NCBI RefSeq assembly: GCF_964204645.1
Contig: NC_134034.1
Span: 9,374,962-9,438,961, forward strand
Length of the DNA stretch: 64,000 nt
From: Tubulanus polymorphus
Lineage: Eukaryota > Animalia > Nemertea
Reading direction: 5' to 3'
Shown here in pieces: positions 36,507 through 48,800 of the stretch. The notes beneath the pieces are model-generated. The model saw only the letters and a program-made list of their open reading frames with translations. It did no database searches and was not told the origin of the DNA. How positions within the stretch are numbered: the stretch's first letter is position 1; every line of letters starts with the position of its first letter. A program made the position numbers and the translations under genes.

Positions 36507-39500
36507 CTAACTAGGTTTTGCAACGGCAGGCATGTTGATAGCCTCCGAGTAAGTCGGTGGTGGTTGAGCGAACTCGGAATATTGAGGAGGGGGTGGGTAT
36601 AACTGGGGCTGGGGTGGAGCTAGAGGTTCGAGCGGGGCCAAAGGCCGGGGTTGATATGTAGAAGGCGCCGGTGGAACTGCTGCCGGTGGTGGTGGTTGTT
36701 GAATAGTGCCGCTGGCGGCGGTTGCTGTCGTAGTACAGCGCGTCGCCGACAGGTTCGTCGTGGTCGGCTGCAATGATTTCGCACGTTTTCCGCGGCACAT
36801 GCAGCAATAAAGGAAGAAAACGACAGGAAATGCTGAAATAAAGAGATATTAAAATAGATAGTAAAATATTTCGAATCATCCTGATATCGGTAGTGGTTTC
36901 ATTTTCAGTCGGCTGATTAATCATTGCTAAAACTGTAAATATCATTGCATGTAACATTTTGTTTTTAACGTGGCCCGAGAGATGATACATGCTGTTATAG
37001 GGCCTGTGCGTATGGGCATCCAGAATAGACATACTTTCTTGAAAGTCGGGGCGCGAAAGCCCATTCGGGTGCCATAAAGTGCCCTTCATTCAGTCCAATC
37101 TGAAACTTTCTTTTAATTTATTGATGGGGTTCTAATTTCGCTTAAGTACTTACCAATGAATCCCAAATATTTCAAGTTCGACGCGCCCTCGGAATCTTTT
37201 TCTGAAAAGCAACCGTTACAGATAGACGTTAAAGTTCGTGGACCGAGACATCCTTCCAAACGAATTTATTTTATGTGTACAGAAATATTGTCCAACTTGA
37301 GAACGTCCGGTTTGGATAGTAAACTCCGCTCAAGTCGGATCTTGACTTGAGAGTGATATCTGAGTTGGATGGTACAGTAGACTCCGCTCAAGTCGGATCT
37401 TTTGATTTGAGAGTGATATCTGAGTTGGATGATACAGTAGACTCCGCTCAAGTCGGATCTTTTGACTTGAGAGTGATATCTGAGTTGGATGATACAGTAG
37501 ACTCCGCTCAAGTCGGATCTTTTGATTTGAGAGTGATATCTGAGTTGGGTGGTACAGTAGACTCCACTCAAGTCTGATCTTTTGAGAGTGATATCTGAGT
37601 TGGATGATACAGTAGACTCCGCTCAAGTCTGACAACTGGTGTTTGTCCGAGAGTTTATCAACTGAGAGGAGTATCTGGATATTTTATGTAATCCTACTTA
37701 CCACATTTCTCATCATCTGATGCTACAATTTTCGCGATCAGGAGTCGTGAATCGGCAGATCGTTTCAGCCATCTTATTGTCAATCTTAAATACTGAAAAA
37801 TAACGTGAAAATTCTATTATTCGATACATTTATACTGAATGATGCGGGAATGTATAATGCGGCATTCGATACCAAGATAAAATCCCAATTTCCACATGAA
37901 GATGTGAAGTACGACCAACACCAGATATTAGAAATTTCAGGGAGCCCTCTCGTTTTGGGGGATGCAAATGATATAAAGCGTATATGAAGCGTTCTGCTTG
38001 AGGTTTTGCAGTGCTCCCCTGCAATTTCATCCTGAAAATTTGAAGCGTTTTAGGCATACTTAAAAAAGATACTCCTAAGCGAGATAGCGGAAATCAAACG
38101 CCGGTCTGCACGGGTCAATTTGTGATGGAAAAATGGAATCTGAAAACTTTCTTTGAAGAATTTGGGGATTGCGCGGGGTTCGCTCGCTACGCACCACTGG
38201 GTACCGGCCTGCACTTGATCAGCACACTTATAAACTGATCATCGTCCACATTTCACATGTGTTCAGGACTTCACTTGAGATAGGGACTTTTAATCATAAA
38301 TGAACTACAAACACCAGATATTAAACATTTTATCAACACACTTTCAGAAAGTGATCAAACACACTTCACATGTGTTCAGAACATAGTTGAGTGGAAATGA
38401 ACTACAAACACCAGATGTTAGACATTTTATCAGAATAATTTCGAAAACTGATAGTAGTCAAGACTTCATCGATCTAGCGAATGGACTTGCAGATTTCACA
38501 GGCCTGCCACGCTACGTTACGTGCCTACATCCGGGACACTCACCTCAGCAGACGTGCCGTCGAAATGATCAGAAATACTACTGGGATTTATAACGCTTTC
38601 CATTACCGACCAGCTATCCTGCATCTTCGTCGAGAAGGCTTCGTTTTTGTAAATCGTCCTATAGTACATCCTTTCAATTGTTCCAAATTTGAAAAAATCG
38701 ACGGTGAACGACAATCTGTAGGCCTGCGTTCCGTTTACAGCGTACGTTACAGACAAACATTTTATTTTTCGGATGGATCTCGTGCTGGTCGATTCGATCT
38801 TTCCGCTCGAGTTCCCATTAAAAATCACGTATCGTCCTAAGTTTTTATCCTGAAAAAGAAAAAAATTGCCAGAAATATATTCATTGTATGATGGCGATAG
38901 TGATGATATAGGCCCAATCAGCAGCGACTCCGGTTTGGCCGAATCCACGCACCGTTGGTCACCTCAGAAACTTTCAATCTTTATGATTCTCAAATATCTA
39001 CAGTAGTCCCAACGAGTTCCCTTGATTCGAAATTAAGTTGAATCCCAACACGCTACCGAGTTCCCTGATTCTTAACTCGGTGAAGTATTTACAGCACTCC
39101 AACGCTACAGTGTTACGATTTAGCTATTTTGGCTTAATAGTAATGCTGTTTGTAAAGTATTTTTATGTAATTTTTTAGCAGAACATCTGCGGTTTTTATA
39201 ACATTGAGCGCGCGTAGATCGACATTCAAGACCCTTCCACTGGCATCTTTAGGCTTCATTGTTCCAATTATTAGTTAGTATCCAGTAGGCTTATTATTAT
39301 ATAAACATTGGTTAAACCATGGTCTTGAGTGGCGATCTCGCTACTTGTAGAGTATTTTAGTTATATTATTCTATAGAATGTTGGGGAGTTTATTTAGTAA
39401 TTAACCAATGGAAAGGGATTGAGACTTGGGATGAGATTCTGAGGATAAAAAGGGTTAGTTCAGTAGATTCGGGAGAACTAGAGAACGGGAACTAGAGAAC

Positions 39501-40589
39501 TAGACGGGAGTGAGAGCTAAGTCAAGTCCAGAGAAAAGCTAGTCAGGAGTACCGAGATATCAGATCGGGAACCTACGGGAGAATAGCCGAGGGATTGGAT
39601 CTGGATCAGACGGGTTGACTATAGGATTTACGCTGGATTGTAACTACACATTATAGAAGACATTATGTATCGGATGATGGAATAAACATACACTCATATT
39701 ATACAAGATAAAGGCAAACTACTGAGTTAAGTATACTTTTATATCCCGGATTCTAGAGCTAGGCACGATAGTCTAAATCAGAGTTATCGTAGCGAAATCG
39801 ACGACCACACTCATATCGTTTCAACTGAGTTCTCTGATTCTCAAATCAGTGAAATATTTACAGCAGTCCCAACGCTACCGAGATCTCTGATTCTTAACGG
39901 TGAAATATTTACAGCAGTCTCAACGATACCCAAGTTCCTTGATTCTAAATAATAGGAGAATCTAGAAAGTTTCCTGTTTCTTAAGTCGGTACAATAATCA
40001 GCCCAACGCTAGCAAGCGTTCCCCGATTCTCAACTCGGAGAGATATTTACAGTGCGATCGTGATCAGGTTGCCTGATCCTCAACTCGGTTTATCTGTATA
40101 TGTCTGATCAAACAAAATCTCAACGTGATTGGTTTATGAATGTTTCTCTATTTACTCACGTATTCTTGTTCCCAGGACGATTTCGGAAGCAGTGACCAAC
40201 CACTGCAAAGCGGCCAGGACTCTTCACAATCAGCAACAAGAACTAAATCGAAAAAATAACGGTATCTTTCTAATCTAGATTGATTAAGGTTTGATGCAAT
40301 TTCTTCAGCAAAAAATTTAAATGTTACGAACGAGTCTTTTTTCTGAATACTGAAGGCCAAAATTTTTGTCTTAAACGATAGCCGCATTCTAAATGGACTT
40401 TGATTGCAATCTTACTTCTCGAGAAAATCAATCCTGAACATGACGCACCACATTGACGTCATATTCCTGACATATATAATCATATAATCATATAATCTAC
40501 TCACTCGTTTTTCCTGTCGCAATATCGCAGTTATACAAAACAGCAACCGCAACGAATATCAAAGTGTTACTGATGTTAATAAAAGCCAT
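36507..40589 (-). CDS. Type I membrane protein with MAM-like ectodomain, Cys-rich juxtamembrane segment and Pro-rich PPxY tail (copy A); exons 40505..40589, 40160..40242, 38544..38849, 37702..37792, 37154..37201, 36507..36832
   Basis: SP MAFINISNTLIFVAVAVLYNCDIATG; DCEESWPLCSGW..W; GRYVIF; CLSVTYAVNG; W; YLRLTI..LLIAKIVASDDEKC (MAM-like pattern); TM YLGFIAFPVVFFLYCCMC followed by RGKRAK; PPPPQY and PPPTY. All splice phases are compatible. Confidence 0.82.
37320..37633. repeat. 60-bp minisatellite (~5 units in copy A; ~3 units at ~46813..47013 in copy B)
   Basis: (gactccgctcaagtcggatcttttgatttgagagtgatatctgagttggatgatacagta)n. Confidence 0.9.
39111..39823 (+). mobile_element. Probable solo LTR (copy B at 49929..50669)
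   Basis: TGTTACGAT...ATCGTTTCA termini, near-TSD ACAG/ACTG, internal CCAAT, TATA-like GATAAAA and AATAAA; it interrupts a local caacgctacNgagttc repeat unit. Confidence 0.65.
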
Positions 40590-41809
40590 CAGAGAGAGTA
40601 TTTAAACTACGCGCAACAAAATATATAACAGTCAAATAAATAGCGTTTTCCTCGTGTAGATTTCCTATACGTATATACGTGCAATGTTGAATTAATACTG
40701 AAAAACAAATAGGATTTTCCACATGCTTAAATACGCGACGGGTCACAGCATATGACAATGAATTGGCCCGATGACGTATTTTGTACTATAAATAGCTCTC
40801 AACTCATTTTGTCCTCGACGCTATACGCGATCTTGTATAAGCCATAGTTACAAGACGCGTTCACACGACGAAATTTAGACCGGCCTAAATTTGCAGGTCC
40901 GGTCTAAATTTGAACCGGACCACGTACGGACCCATTTAGACCGATCTAACTAGTTGTCGTTTGAACGCGGCTATAATCTCAATAGCGTAATGTGATTTCC
41001 GGTTCAGCTATATCTGCCTATTCATTCTCGTTTCGGTTTTTACATTTTCTAGACACATTTTATTGACCTTTCTGCAAGAAAGATGGGTTTACTGTCTTGT
41101 AGTTAATTACTATAGGCGCGTTACACGACGAAATTTAGACCGGTCTAAATTTGGTCCGGTCCAATTTAGACCGGACCAAGCGTTCACACGGGCAAAAATA
41201 CCGTTCCAAATTAGACCGGTCTAGTTTAAACCGGTCTGATTTGGCACGGTCTAAAAAAGCGAACCAGGTCCGGACAAAATTTTGGACCGGTCTAAATATG
41301 TGTGTGTGGACATAAACTGGTACCAGGTCCGGTCTAAATCGTAATTCTGAATCTCTGCGGTATAGATGTCGCGACCTCTGCGGCAGAGTGTGAGTCCAGT
41401 TTATTAAGTTCTTAATGCTTTTATTACCGTTTATGTAATTATTCTTAAGAACTGTTTTTCCTCCCTATACTATGGAAATGTTTGGAGCGTAATTCGTATT
41501 CGTATATCGTGATCATCATCCGTTTTACTGCCGTGCTTTGAACCGTGTTTAAACGACACTTAAGAGCGTTCACACGGCGTTTTGACACGCGGTGATAAAG
41601 TCACCGGGCCCACAAGATGTCGCCATCTGCTAAATGCGCCTGGATGAAGTCTTGCTTCCAGATTCGAAGTATAGCAAGACATTATTCATTTGACCAATTC
41701 GATCCTGTGTCAGGTTTATACATTTTTGCGGATGCGAATTCGATTTTATTCTATCACCCCTAGACGAACTTTAATCAAATCTGAAACTGAATTTCATTAT
41801 TTTTTTCAG

Positions 41810-43671
41810 TCATTGGGTTGTACGCTTTACAGTTTAGCATTTCTAGAATCACCGTTCGAGCAAGTTTATCAAAGAGGTGACAGCCTGGCGCTGGCTGCGA
41901 TCGGAGGAAATATTAAGTACCCTAACTCTCACATGTATGTATTTCATGAAGTCTTTTAACCCTCGTGGAACTTAAGTCCCAGTGGGTAAAAATCTGTTTA
42001 CTGTTCATTTTTCTGTCGATCCGTCGATAGAATCGAATTTTTTTGGAAAGTTTTGAAAATGCTGCATTGGAGGGTCTTGATATTTGGTTTATACATGTGT
42101 ATCTGCTTGTGTGATAAAATCAAAATGGCTGTCTGGTTGTTTGCTGAAATCCGCTCTTTTACTTGTTTTTGAAGTTTTCAAGGGAATTTTGTATTTCCAT
42201 ATATACCAGGGTACTGGTACTTATGCATTTTTTGTAACCTCTATAGATTGCAAAGTTGCTGCTCTATGACAGTGATGAGTCGATTAACGGTAGTTATATT
42301 CCGGAGGGTGTTGATTATCAGATTGTCAAGCAGAAATGCCGGTAATAGAAAAAGACTTTTCTTTTTCCAGCCCACTTTGGACTTGAGTTCTAGCAGCTAT
42401 TGCGTTCACTTTTCGTCCGTCCAGTTATGAAAAAAGCCTACTGTCTGTCACACATGCTCTCCGTGCGACGTTTTGGTCCGTAATTTCGTTAATAATCGGT
42501 TTATCTACCTTTATTATGCATCAATTTGTTCAGTGAGGAATTTGCATTCAGAAATAAACAACAATTTTCACTTAAGTTGTTTTTGTTTTCATTTATGCGC
42601 GATAGTTTACTCAGCATACGCTCGCGTAATGCTGAAAAATCCGCTCCGCGGACGCTCGGAAACGTTACAGTGACGTCATCACCTGCTCATTAGCATATCA
42701 AAATACAGTAGGTGGCGCCACGTGACGGGCCATAAAAGCCGTTTTTCAGCATTACGCGAGCGTATGCTAGGTAAACTATCGCTGATAGAAGAAAACACAA
42801 ACAAATTTCTGCCAGTTCATGATTTATTTCTGAATGCAAATTCCTTACTGAACAAATTGAAGCATAATATTTACAGATCAACCGATTAGTAACGAAATTA
42901 CGGACCAAAACGTCGCACGAAAAGCATGTGTGACAGACAGTAACTGAATTACGTTCTTCTTCGCTTCTAGATTCTAACCTGATTGTGATGCAGGTTCATC
43001 TGTTCCCGGAATTCAAGCCTGCCTCCGCAAAAAAACCTTAAAAGTCTTGAAAAACCATATTTTTTCAGAATAATACTTTCAGGAACATTTATTTGAAAAA
43101 ATATATCTTTTGATACTCGGTATGACATTAGTATAACAAAGAAAAAGACATAACCAAACCCCCTCCCATGTTAACCCTAATCAAATTTAAGAACAATTAT
43201 CTCTTGGTCAATACTGGGATTTACAGGTATCAATCATTCAGTAGCCTGGATCATTCCCTCCAGATAATCAGTTCACTTTAATTAAGTATAATGTGAAGTG
43301 CGGATTGTTCAGTTCTTGAAAGTGCTGATAAAATGTCTGATGTCTGGTGTTTGTAGCTCATTTTCAATTAAAACGGTCTGATGAAATCCTGAACAAGTGT
43401 ACAACATAACCAAATTGGAGGAAATAGTGATAAAGTATTGATTGTGTGAGAGGTTCAGGTTCCAGGCTGCAATTTGATACCTGCTTTAATAACAAATGGT
43501 AAAAACGTATGTAACAAACATATTTTCTTGTTGATTTTTTCCAGCTATTCGGAGGAATTGATTAATTTAATCAGATGTATGTTGGTCGTCGATCTGGAGC
43601 AACGACCGTTCATTGACACAGTTATACAACACGTCGATAACCTGTTAATCGCGATGGAGAATCGAATTTAA
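41810..43671 (+). other. STK16: Duplicated STK16 terminal exons 6' (41810..41934) and 7' (43545..43671) plus 3' UTR
   Basis: Same peptide as 32864..32988 and 34097..34223; splice sites intact; three synonymous differences only. Confidence 0.9.
42441..42940. mobile_element. 500-bp Tc1/mariner-type MITE, present only in copy B
   Basis: Empty site gccTAactgaat in copy A (~33490); here TA|CTGTCTGTCACACATGCT...AGCATGTGTGACAGACAG|TA with ~200-bp imperfect TIRs. Confidence 0.92.
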
Positions 43672-45867
43672 ACCGGTTCGAACGACGACGCAAAAACACG
43701 ATTAACCCTCCGAATTTCAGGGCACCGGAAAATAGAAAATATATGATCGTTGAAACTCGTCAAACTCGCTTAAAGTCGTCATAGTTGGAGGGCCATCATT
43801 ATGACTTATCCAAGTGTACACTAAGTGAATTGTATTAGAAATACAAGTAAGGACTCTCAATACTGTACTGTGAGGACTTATCCAATAACGAATTAAGTGA
43901 ATTTGGCTAAACAGTGGGACCTCATGTTGAAAAAACTTCAACGCACAAAAAAAGATCTGTTTGCTTTAACCGATAGTTCTATATACAGTGGAACCTCGTA
44001 ACAAGGAACTTCAGGAGACCAGAAAATCGGTTCGTTATAACCGATAGTTCTATATACAGTGGAACCTCATTACCAGAAAATCTGTATCCAATATAGGATT
44101 AATCACATCTTTACATCTGGGTCAACATCATGCATATCCAGTATAGGATTTAAATCACATCTTTACACTTGGGTCAACATCGGTGCCATCAGAGAGTTTG
44201 TTGTATGAGGCTACATGTACTAAAACCAAACATGAATGATAAAACAAACTTATAAAATACATTGCATTCACTGAATCTCACTCACTCAAAGTGTTTTAAA
44301 CTGAACAATTAGTGCCAAGTAAATATTTAACTGTTCTGCTATGAATGCATGTTAAACTGATTATGATAAATGTTATAAATCTATTTTTTTAAAGATTACC
44401 GATATACTGTAAAAAAAACAACGATCCGATCATGACCGTTAGAATGTAATAGAATCTGATTATTTCATCCATTGATTTCCGAAAGAACTTCATTCTGGAC
44501 CCATTTCCACAGTGGGTGGTGGTGATTAGATGATACTTTGTAGAAAGTATGGTAAAGAGTTAAACCCTTTCAGTGCTTGCCGGAGATGATTTGACAAATT
44601 TCAAAAAGTTAGTTACTAAACTGTTTGGCAGGTGCTGCCATCTTTCATTAGAGATAAAAACTAATTACCATACACCGCACTAAAAGGGTTAAGATATTAA
44701 AAATGAACTTTCTTGTCTCTAAGAGTTCGAGTTATTGAAAATTAGACGATTTCGACAAGTTTGAACGGATAGAAATGAACTCATTTCTAGAGTTTTAAAA
44801 AGTAAAAATGATCTATACTAATTTTGATTCTTCGAGAGTTCGAGTAATCGAAAAAAGAACTAATTTGAGAGTTAAAGTAATCGAAAATCTGACTCTAATT
44901 CAAAACTGTGTAACTGTATTCACAATCTTTCGAAAAAATTTCTCACTTTTTTGCACATGCGAACAATCTCAGGTATGACGGTACGACCACCTTTGGGCAC
45001 TCGGCGTTAACCGTTAATGGCCCTGTTGTACATTTTTTGGTCGAATCTTTTCCGAATAAATGCGGAACTGGAGCTAATTTGTTTGTATATATTTGGTGGA
45101 GTTTAATCTAGTCATTTTGCATCTCAATGATATTACCCACCCAGAACTCAGTTCGTCAAGCCTCAGAGTAACGACTCAGAGAAACAAGAAACATGCTTTT
45201 GGCAGACAATGTTTCCTAGAAGATCAAACATGTTTCATTCTGTGTTTCCCTGCATTGTGTGCGACGTTCGGCTTCAATTGATAACTCAAATATTGTACTC
45301 TTCATGTGTTCACTATTTTACTATAGCACTGTAATATAATCCCCGGATCTGGGTCTAGATTATTTCGGTTTTGGGAATCCTAAATTATGACATTGATTAA
45401 TCGATAGGAATCATATGTTGTATTTGTTTGATATCACTGATATTTGATAATCAAACACAATTAAATAAATGTTATAATAAATAAATGTTACGTTATATAC
45501 GATACAGTATCTTGAAAGGTTTCATTTTCACCCACTCGGGCGCGCTGTGCTGTGGTCAGACGTCGTAATCGTAATCGTTATAATAATTGAGAGGATGGTT
45601 GCAGTTTCTTTGTAACCGCTTGGGGGCGCCGGATCAGCGATTGGTCGATAGTTAGTTTCATAATTGAAAGGCTGTTAATGATTGGCTAAATATAGTGCTT
45701 TGGGTCCAACACGAGGGATTCTCTGGAGGCCTGCTCCATTTTATCTTGGAAAATCTTTTACGAACAACTCGAATGAAACAAACCCCTTTTTGCAAATATG
45801 TGTGGAATTCGGAAGAAAATGAACCCATAAAATTGAATTATTGTCTATAAATTACGATATGGTTGTT

Positions 45868-48800
45868 CTAACTAGGTTTTGCAACGGCAGGCATGTTGAT
45901 AGCCTCCGAGTAAGTCGGTGGTGGTTGAGCGAACTCGGAATATTGAGGAGGGGGTGGGTATAACTGGGGCTGGGGTGGAGCTAGGGGTTCGAGCGGGGCT
46001 AAAGGCCGGGGTTGATATGTAGAAGGCGCCGGTGGAACTGCTGCCGGTGGTGGTGGTTGAGCGAACTCGGAATATTGAGGAGGGGGTGGGTATAACTGGG
46101 GCTGGGGTGGAGCTAGAGGTTCGAGCGGGGCCAAAGAACGGAGTTGATATGTAAAAGGCGCCGGTGGAACTGCTGCCGGTGGTGGTGGTTGTTGAATAGT
46201 GCCGCTGGCGGCGGTTGCTGTCGTAGTACAGCGCGTCGCCGACAGGTTCGTCGTGGTCGGCTGCAATGATTTCTTACGTGTTCCGCACATGCAGCAACAA
46301 AGGAAGAAAACGACAAGACATGCTGAAAAAAAGAGATATTAAAAGAGATAGTAAAATATTTCGAATCATCCTGATATCGGTAGTGGTTTCATTTTCAGTC
46401 GGCTGATTAATCATTGCTAAAACTGTAAATATCATTGCATGTAACATTTTGTTTTTAACGTGGCCCGAGAGATGATACATGCTGTTATAGGGCCTGTGCG
46501 TATGGGCATCCAGAATAGACATACTTTCTTGAAAGTCGGGGCGCGAAAGCCCATTCGGGTGCCATAAAGTGCCCTTCATTCAGTCCAATCTGAAACCTTT
46601 CTTTTAATTTATTGATGGGGTTCTAATTTCGCTTAAGTACTTACCAATGAATCCCAAATATTTCAAGTTCGACGCGCCCTCGGAATCTTTTTATGAAAAG
46701 CAACCGTTACAGATAGACATTAAAGTTCGTGGACCGAGACATCCTTCCAAACGAATTTATTTTATGTGTACAGAAATATTGTCCAACTTGAGAACGTCCG
46801 GTTTGGTTGGATAGTAAACTCCGCTCAAGTCGGATCTTGACTTGAGAGTGATATCTGAGTTGGATGGTACAGTAGACTCCGCTCAAGTCTGATCTTTTGA
46901 TTTGAGAGTGATATCTGAGTTGGATGGTACAGTAGACTCCGCTCAAGTCGGATCTTTTGACTTGAGAGTGATATCTGAGTTGGATGATACAGTAGACTCC
47001 GCTCAAGTCTGACAACTGGTGTTTGTCCGAGAGTTTATCAACTGAGAGGAGTATCTGGATATTTTATGTAATCCTACTTACCACATTTCTCATCATCTGA
47101 TGCTACAATTTTCGCGATCAGGAGTCGTGAATCGGCAGATCGTTTCAGCCATCTTATTGTCAATCTTAAATACTGAAAAATAACGTGAAAATTCTATTAT
47201 TCGATACATTTATACTGAATGATGCGGGAATGTATAATGCGGCATTCGATACCAAGATAAAATCCCAATTTCCACATGAAGATGTGAAGTACGACCAACA
47301 CCAGATATTAGAAATTTCAGGGAGCCCTCTCGTTTTGGGGGATGCAAATGATATAAAGCGTATATGAAGCGTTCTGCTTGAGGTTTTGCAGTGCTCCCCT
47401 GCAATTTCATCCTGAAAATTTGAAGCGTTTTAGGCATACTTAAAAAAGATACTCCTTAGCGAGATAGCGGAAATCAAACGCCGGTCTGCACGGGTCAATT
47501 TGTGATGGAAAATGGGATCTAAAAACTTTCTTTGAAGAATTTGGGGATTGCGCGGGGTTCGCTCGCTACGCACCACTGGGTACCGGCCTGCACTTGATCA
47601 GCACACTTATAAACTGATCATCGTCCACATTTCACATGTGTTCAGGACTTCACTTGAGATAGGGACTTTTAATCATAAATGAACTACAAACACCAGATAT
47701 TAAACATTTTATCAACACACTTTCAGAAAGTGATCAAACACACTTCACATGTGTTCAGAACATAGTTGAGTGGAAATGAACTACAAACACCAGATATTAG
47801 ACATTTTATCAGCATAATTTCGAAAACTGATAGTAGTCAAGACTTCATCGATCTAGCGAATGGACTTGCAGATTTCACAGGCCTGCCACGCTACGTTACG
47901 TGCCTACATCCGGGACACTCACCTCAGCAGACGTGCCGTCGAAATGATAAGAAATACTACTGGGAAATATAACGCTTTCCACTACCGACCAGCTATCCTG
48001 CATCTTCGTCGAGAAGGCTTCGTATTTGTAAATCGTCCTATAGTACATACTTTCAATTGTTCCAAATTTGAAAAAATCGAAGGTGAACGACAATCTGTAG
48101 GCCTGCGTTCCGTTTACAGCGTACGTTACAGACAAACATTCTATTTTTCGGATGAGTCTCGTGCTGGTCGATTCGATCTTTCCGCTCGAGTTCCCATTAA
48201 AAATCACGTATCGTCCTAAGTTTTTATCCTGAAAAAGAAAATAATTGCCAGAAATATATTCATTGTATGAACGCGATAGTGATGATATAGGGGCCACACG
48301 TCTGAAACACGGTCCCGGCCCCGGTCCCGGCCGCGGCCGCACACGTCTTAAACACGGCCGCGGCCGCTCTTTGTTTTCATTTAGATGGTCAAATGAAAGA
48401 AAAAAGAGATTTTCTACTATCTATCAAAAGTCCAAATATAGACTATTTCAACTTTGAACGGTTTAAGCTTCAATCGACTCTGTCATTTTGCCCCAAACAA
48501 GATGCCTATCTGCTATGATTTTCAGAAAATGGACAAACAAACAATAGTGTTCATTTTATCCCACAATGATCAACTAGTGATCAATACATAATATTCAACA
48601 TCAACAAAAAACAGGCAACAAAACATAATCTCACCCAAATTAGAATCACCAGTCGAAGGAGGTAAATAACTCAGTTTCCCCAAAGTAAATTATCCATACG
48701 AGCTTTTCGGGTATTGTGTGGGTGATACATTTAAGGTAGAAAAGTTGATTTGTTGGCACAAAGTAATGCACTCTCAATGCAGGTCTTTACTTAACCTAAG

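Noticed and set aside
36511-37089. 192-aa ORF and other overlapping or antisense ORFs (e.g. 13509..13862, 38481..38840, 59489..59965)
   Set aside because: Alternative frames of real exons plus intron; no recognisable protein features.
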